From positions 9,486,001-9,550,000 of the forward strand of contig NW_026262701.1 of the NCBI RefSeq assembly GCF_021869535.1: DNA of 64,000 nucleotides. Reading direction: 5' to 3'. Below, piece by piece: positions 62,830-64,000 of the stretch. The stretch's first letter is position 1, and every line of letters begins with the position of its first letter. The DNA comes from Mytilus californianus. Its lineage: Eukaryota. A program made the position numbers and the translations under genes. Below the pieces are notes generated by a model, which was not told where the DNA came from, searched no databases, and saw only the letters and a list, made by a program, of their open reading frames with translations.

Positions 62830-64000
62830 GTTATGTCTAGATGATTTTGCATATTTCAGCCTGTCCCAAAATAACACATTTTTAATTTTAAGATAGGTAT
62901 GAGTATTGAAACAATTTTTCAAATCAGGATCAACATGATCCAAAAGTTATATTACTTTTCAACACAATTATTAAATGACGACCTTTATCTTGTAAGCTTT
63001 TCCTCAAAGCCGTTCGAAATTCCATCATGCACCATTCACTTTTCAAGAACACACTGGATATAAGTAAGATGTTATAATAGCTATTTTCAACACTGTTGAA
63101 TATATTATCAGCTATAGTATTACCAACTACAAAATCTCTATGATGAAGACATAGGTGCATGCTTTCCCAGCGTCTATTGACTCCAGATTTGGAAAAGCTA
63201 TACGTATAACCAAGTCAACATCTTTCTCGCTGTAGGCAATAAATGCATCATAGTCTTTCTCTTCGTTTATGTCATTTCTAAATTCACATTGACAGTTTGT
63301 ATTGAGTCGAGTAAACAAAATAACCTTGATCAGATTTCTGAAATAGATTGTCAACAAAGTTATGACGAACAATGTAATTGTTATGATGCTCATAACGACT
63401 ATTGGAAAATGTATGACAGTGTCCTTGTTACAGATAAGTTCTGTAAATAAAGGCAACAGTAGTAAACCGCTGTTCGAAATTCATAAATCGATTGAGAAAA
63501 AACAAATCCGGGTTACAAACTCAAACTGAGGGAAACACATTAAGTATAAGAGGAGAACTACGACACAACAGAAACACAACATTAAAATGTAACACACACA
63601 GAAACGAACTATAATAACACAATGTAAGAGAGAGAGACGGACGTTTGATAGATTTGCACACTCCAGCGAACCGAGGTAATCATAAGCTTTTGGCATAGTC
63701 TCTGAAGATAGATATTCAATTACTACAATTATTCCACAGTCACATAAGAACGGATCCTTAGTGATATCGACTTTAACAAATTCGTGAGTTGAGAACGAGT
63801 CTATCATACCTTTTGTTAATGAAGTTTTATTATTACGCCGTAAATCTATTACTACTACTGATTTTGTCTTTTCGAGGTCATTCCGTAATCTCGTATCAAA
63901 GGAAGGACTTATATGTTATTATTGGAAAAGTCTATATATTCCATCAATGGGAATCGTAGTCGCCAGCCTTGTAGTTTATACAAAGTGTCAAACATATCAT
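62830..64000 (-). pseudogene. Toll-like receptor (LRR-TM-TIR), 3' part; stop, frameshifts and a repeat insertion
   Basis: MEYIDFSNNNI*, IDLRRNN, DPFLCDC, TM, DYDAFIAYSEKD, LCLHHRDF.VG..IADNI, FLKSEWCMMEF, FWDRL; extends beyond the window. Confidence 0.88.
63447..63622 (+). mobile_element. Family D repeat inserted in the LRRCT-TM junction of the minus-strand TLR
   Basis: TGTAA duplicated at 63442-63446 and 63623-63627; homologous to 29140-29310. Confidence 0.8.

Overview
AT-rich eukaryotic genomic DNA. The repeat families look like those of a bivalve, most likely Mytilus; this is inferred from recognition, not from a database search. (1) Positions 1-9072 are one end of a decayed Polinton/Maverick (adintovirus-like) endogenous virus. 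It carries a PLA2-like/integrase gene, a fibre-like repeat gene, an adenain protease and a protein-primed PolB, and ends in a CTACTACT-3' terminus. The PolB is interrupted by an L1/Tx1 retro-insertion and also carries an apparently in-frame PolA-like (TV-Pol-type) domain inside its exonuclease region. (2) A cluster of four homologous short-ectodomain LRR immune receptor genes follows. Two are open, TIR-less LRR-TM genes (14087 and about 29924, plus strand) with a predicted spliced short tail. Two are TIR-bearing TLR copies broken by frameshifts (54489-56331 plus; about 62830-64000 minus). (3) Intergenic and intronic DNA is dense in mobile elements: a Naiad-type Penelope element with N-terminal GIY-YIG and its dispersed 3' fragments, two CACTA-ended elements, a tandemly amplified Helentron-like element, an L2 fragment, many hammerhead-ribozyme (retrozyme) remnants, and a TSD-flanked esterase-ORF1/RT LINE. 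That LINE has no visible endonuclease and has an array of 7 dyad-symmetric motifs in its place. The strongest candidates for something new are the TV-Pol-in-pPolB fusion, the endonuclease-less LINE with its motif array, and the TIR-less receptor pair with swapped ectodomains.
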